Below are positions 63,531 to 64,000 of a stretch of 64,000 nt of DNA, piece by piece. The notes beneath the pieces are model-generated. The model was not told the origin of the DNA. It ran no database searches and was given only the letters and a program-made list of their open reading frames with translations. Made by a program: the position numbers and the translations under genes. The first letter of the stretch is position 1. Each line of letters opens with the position of its first letter. The DNA is from Heptranchias perlo. Lineage: Eukaryota. Location of the stretch: contig NC_090328.1 in assembly GCF_035084215.1 (NCBI RefSeq), forward strand, positions 37,324,001 to 37,388,000. Direction: 5' to 3'.

Positions 63531-64000
63531 GTAAATGCCAAAACGTTACACTTTTATATTTTAGGTTGGCTCTGAACACTATCTCTGTAAAACTAAGTAA
63601 TATAGCCATAGCCAACTTCAAGGGGAATTTCAACAATTGTGTTATGTACTGAGCCCATGTGCTACTTTACTATGCCAGCATGCATTTTGTGTTTCATCAT
63701 TTGGCAATGAGATAGCAATCTAGTATTTCATGGATGTCTATAGATTATCATCACTTAAATTCTCAGAATGATGCCCATAATTCGAAGTGGTCTAGCTAAA
63801 GCTGTGACTCTGAGAATAAACAGGGAATGCCACGTGAGTAAGTAATTCATTGAGCCATGCCATAAGCTTGACTTGTAATAGGATTTTTAAAAATCATACA
63901 TTACACAACATCGAAGTACACTTTTTTTAAACTGAGAAATCAAAAGTGAAGGTCCAAGCTCCACATGTAGGCTGCCACCAATATTGAAAATACTAGAAAA

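Noticed and set aside
30620-64000. XRCC4 coding exons
   Set aside because: No AG/GT-bounded segment translating to an XRCC4-like N-terminus was found by eye. The first coding exon probably lies beyond the window.
1-64000. CRISPR arrays, rRNA, true tRNA genes, prokaryotic operons
   Set aside because: The sequence is intron-rich eukaryotic DNA. There is no repeat-spacer array, and the tRNA-like segments are SINE heads lacking a full cloverleaf.

Overview
Vertebrate genomic DNA, most likely from a cartilaginous fish (inferred from the CR1/L2/LF-SINE/Deu-SINE/Penelope repeat mix). The only protein-coding gene I can read completely is TMEM167A (kish-A) on the minus strand. It has four coding exons (30134-30136, 21600-21709, 14403-14437, 3187-3257), which splice through GT-AG introns to the 72-aa [72 protein letters not shown]. 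The gene starts in a CpG-rich promoter (about 29.9-30.6 kb) with ETS, CRE and CCAAT motifs on both strands. By mammalian synteny the divergent plus-strand gene should be XRCC4, but I found no XRCC4 coding exon, so 30.6-64 kb is probably its first intron. Nearly all ORFs in the supplied track are decayed LINE pieces or their antisense shadows. Points of most interest: (1) a TSD-bounded Penelope element with 215-bp inverted pLTRs, each carrying a minimal hammerhead ribozyme, whose GIY-YIG gene is interrupted by an exact 168-bp copy of nearby flanking DNA; (2) a LINE family that appears to carry a tRNA-derived Pol III head directly upstream of its endonuclease; (3) a chain of overlapping ATGA uORFs at the TMEM167A start; (4) a local inverted duplication in intron 3. 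Repeat boundaries are approximate and were read by eye.
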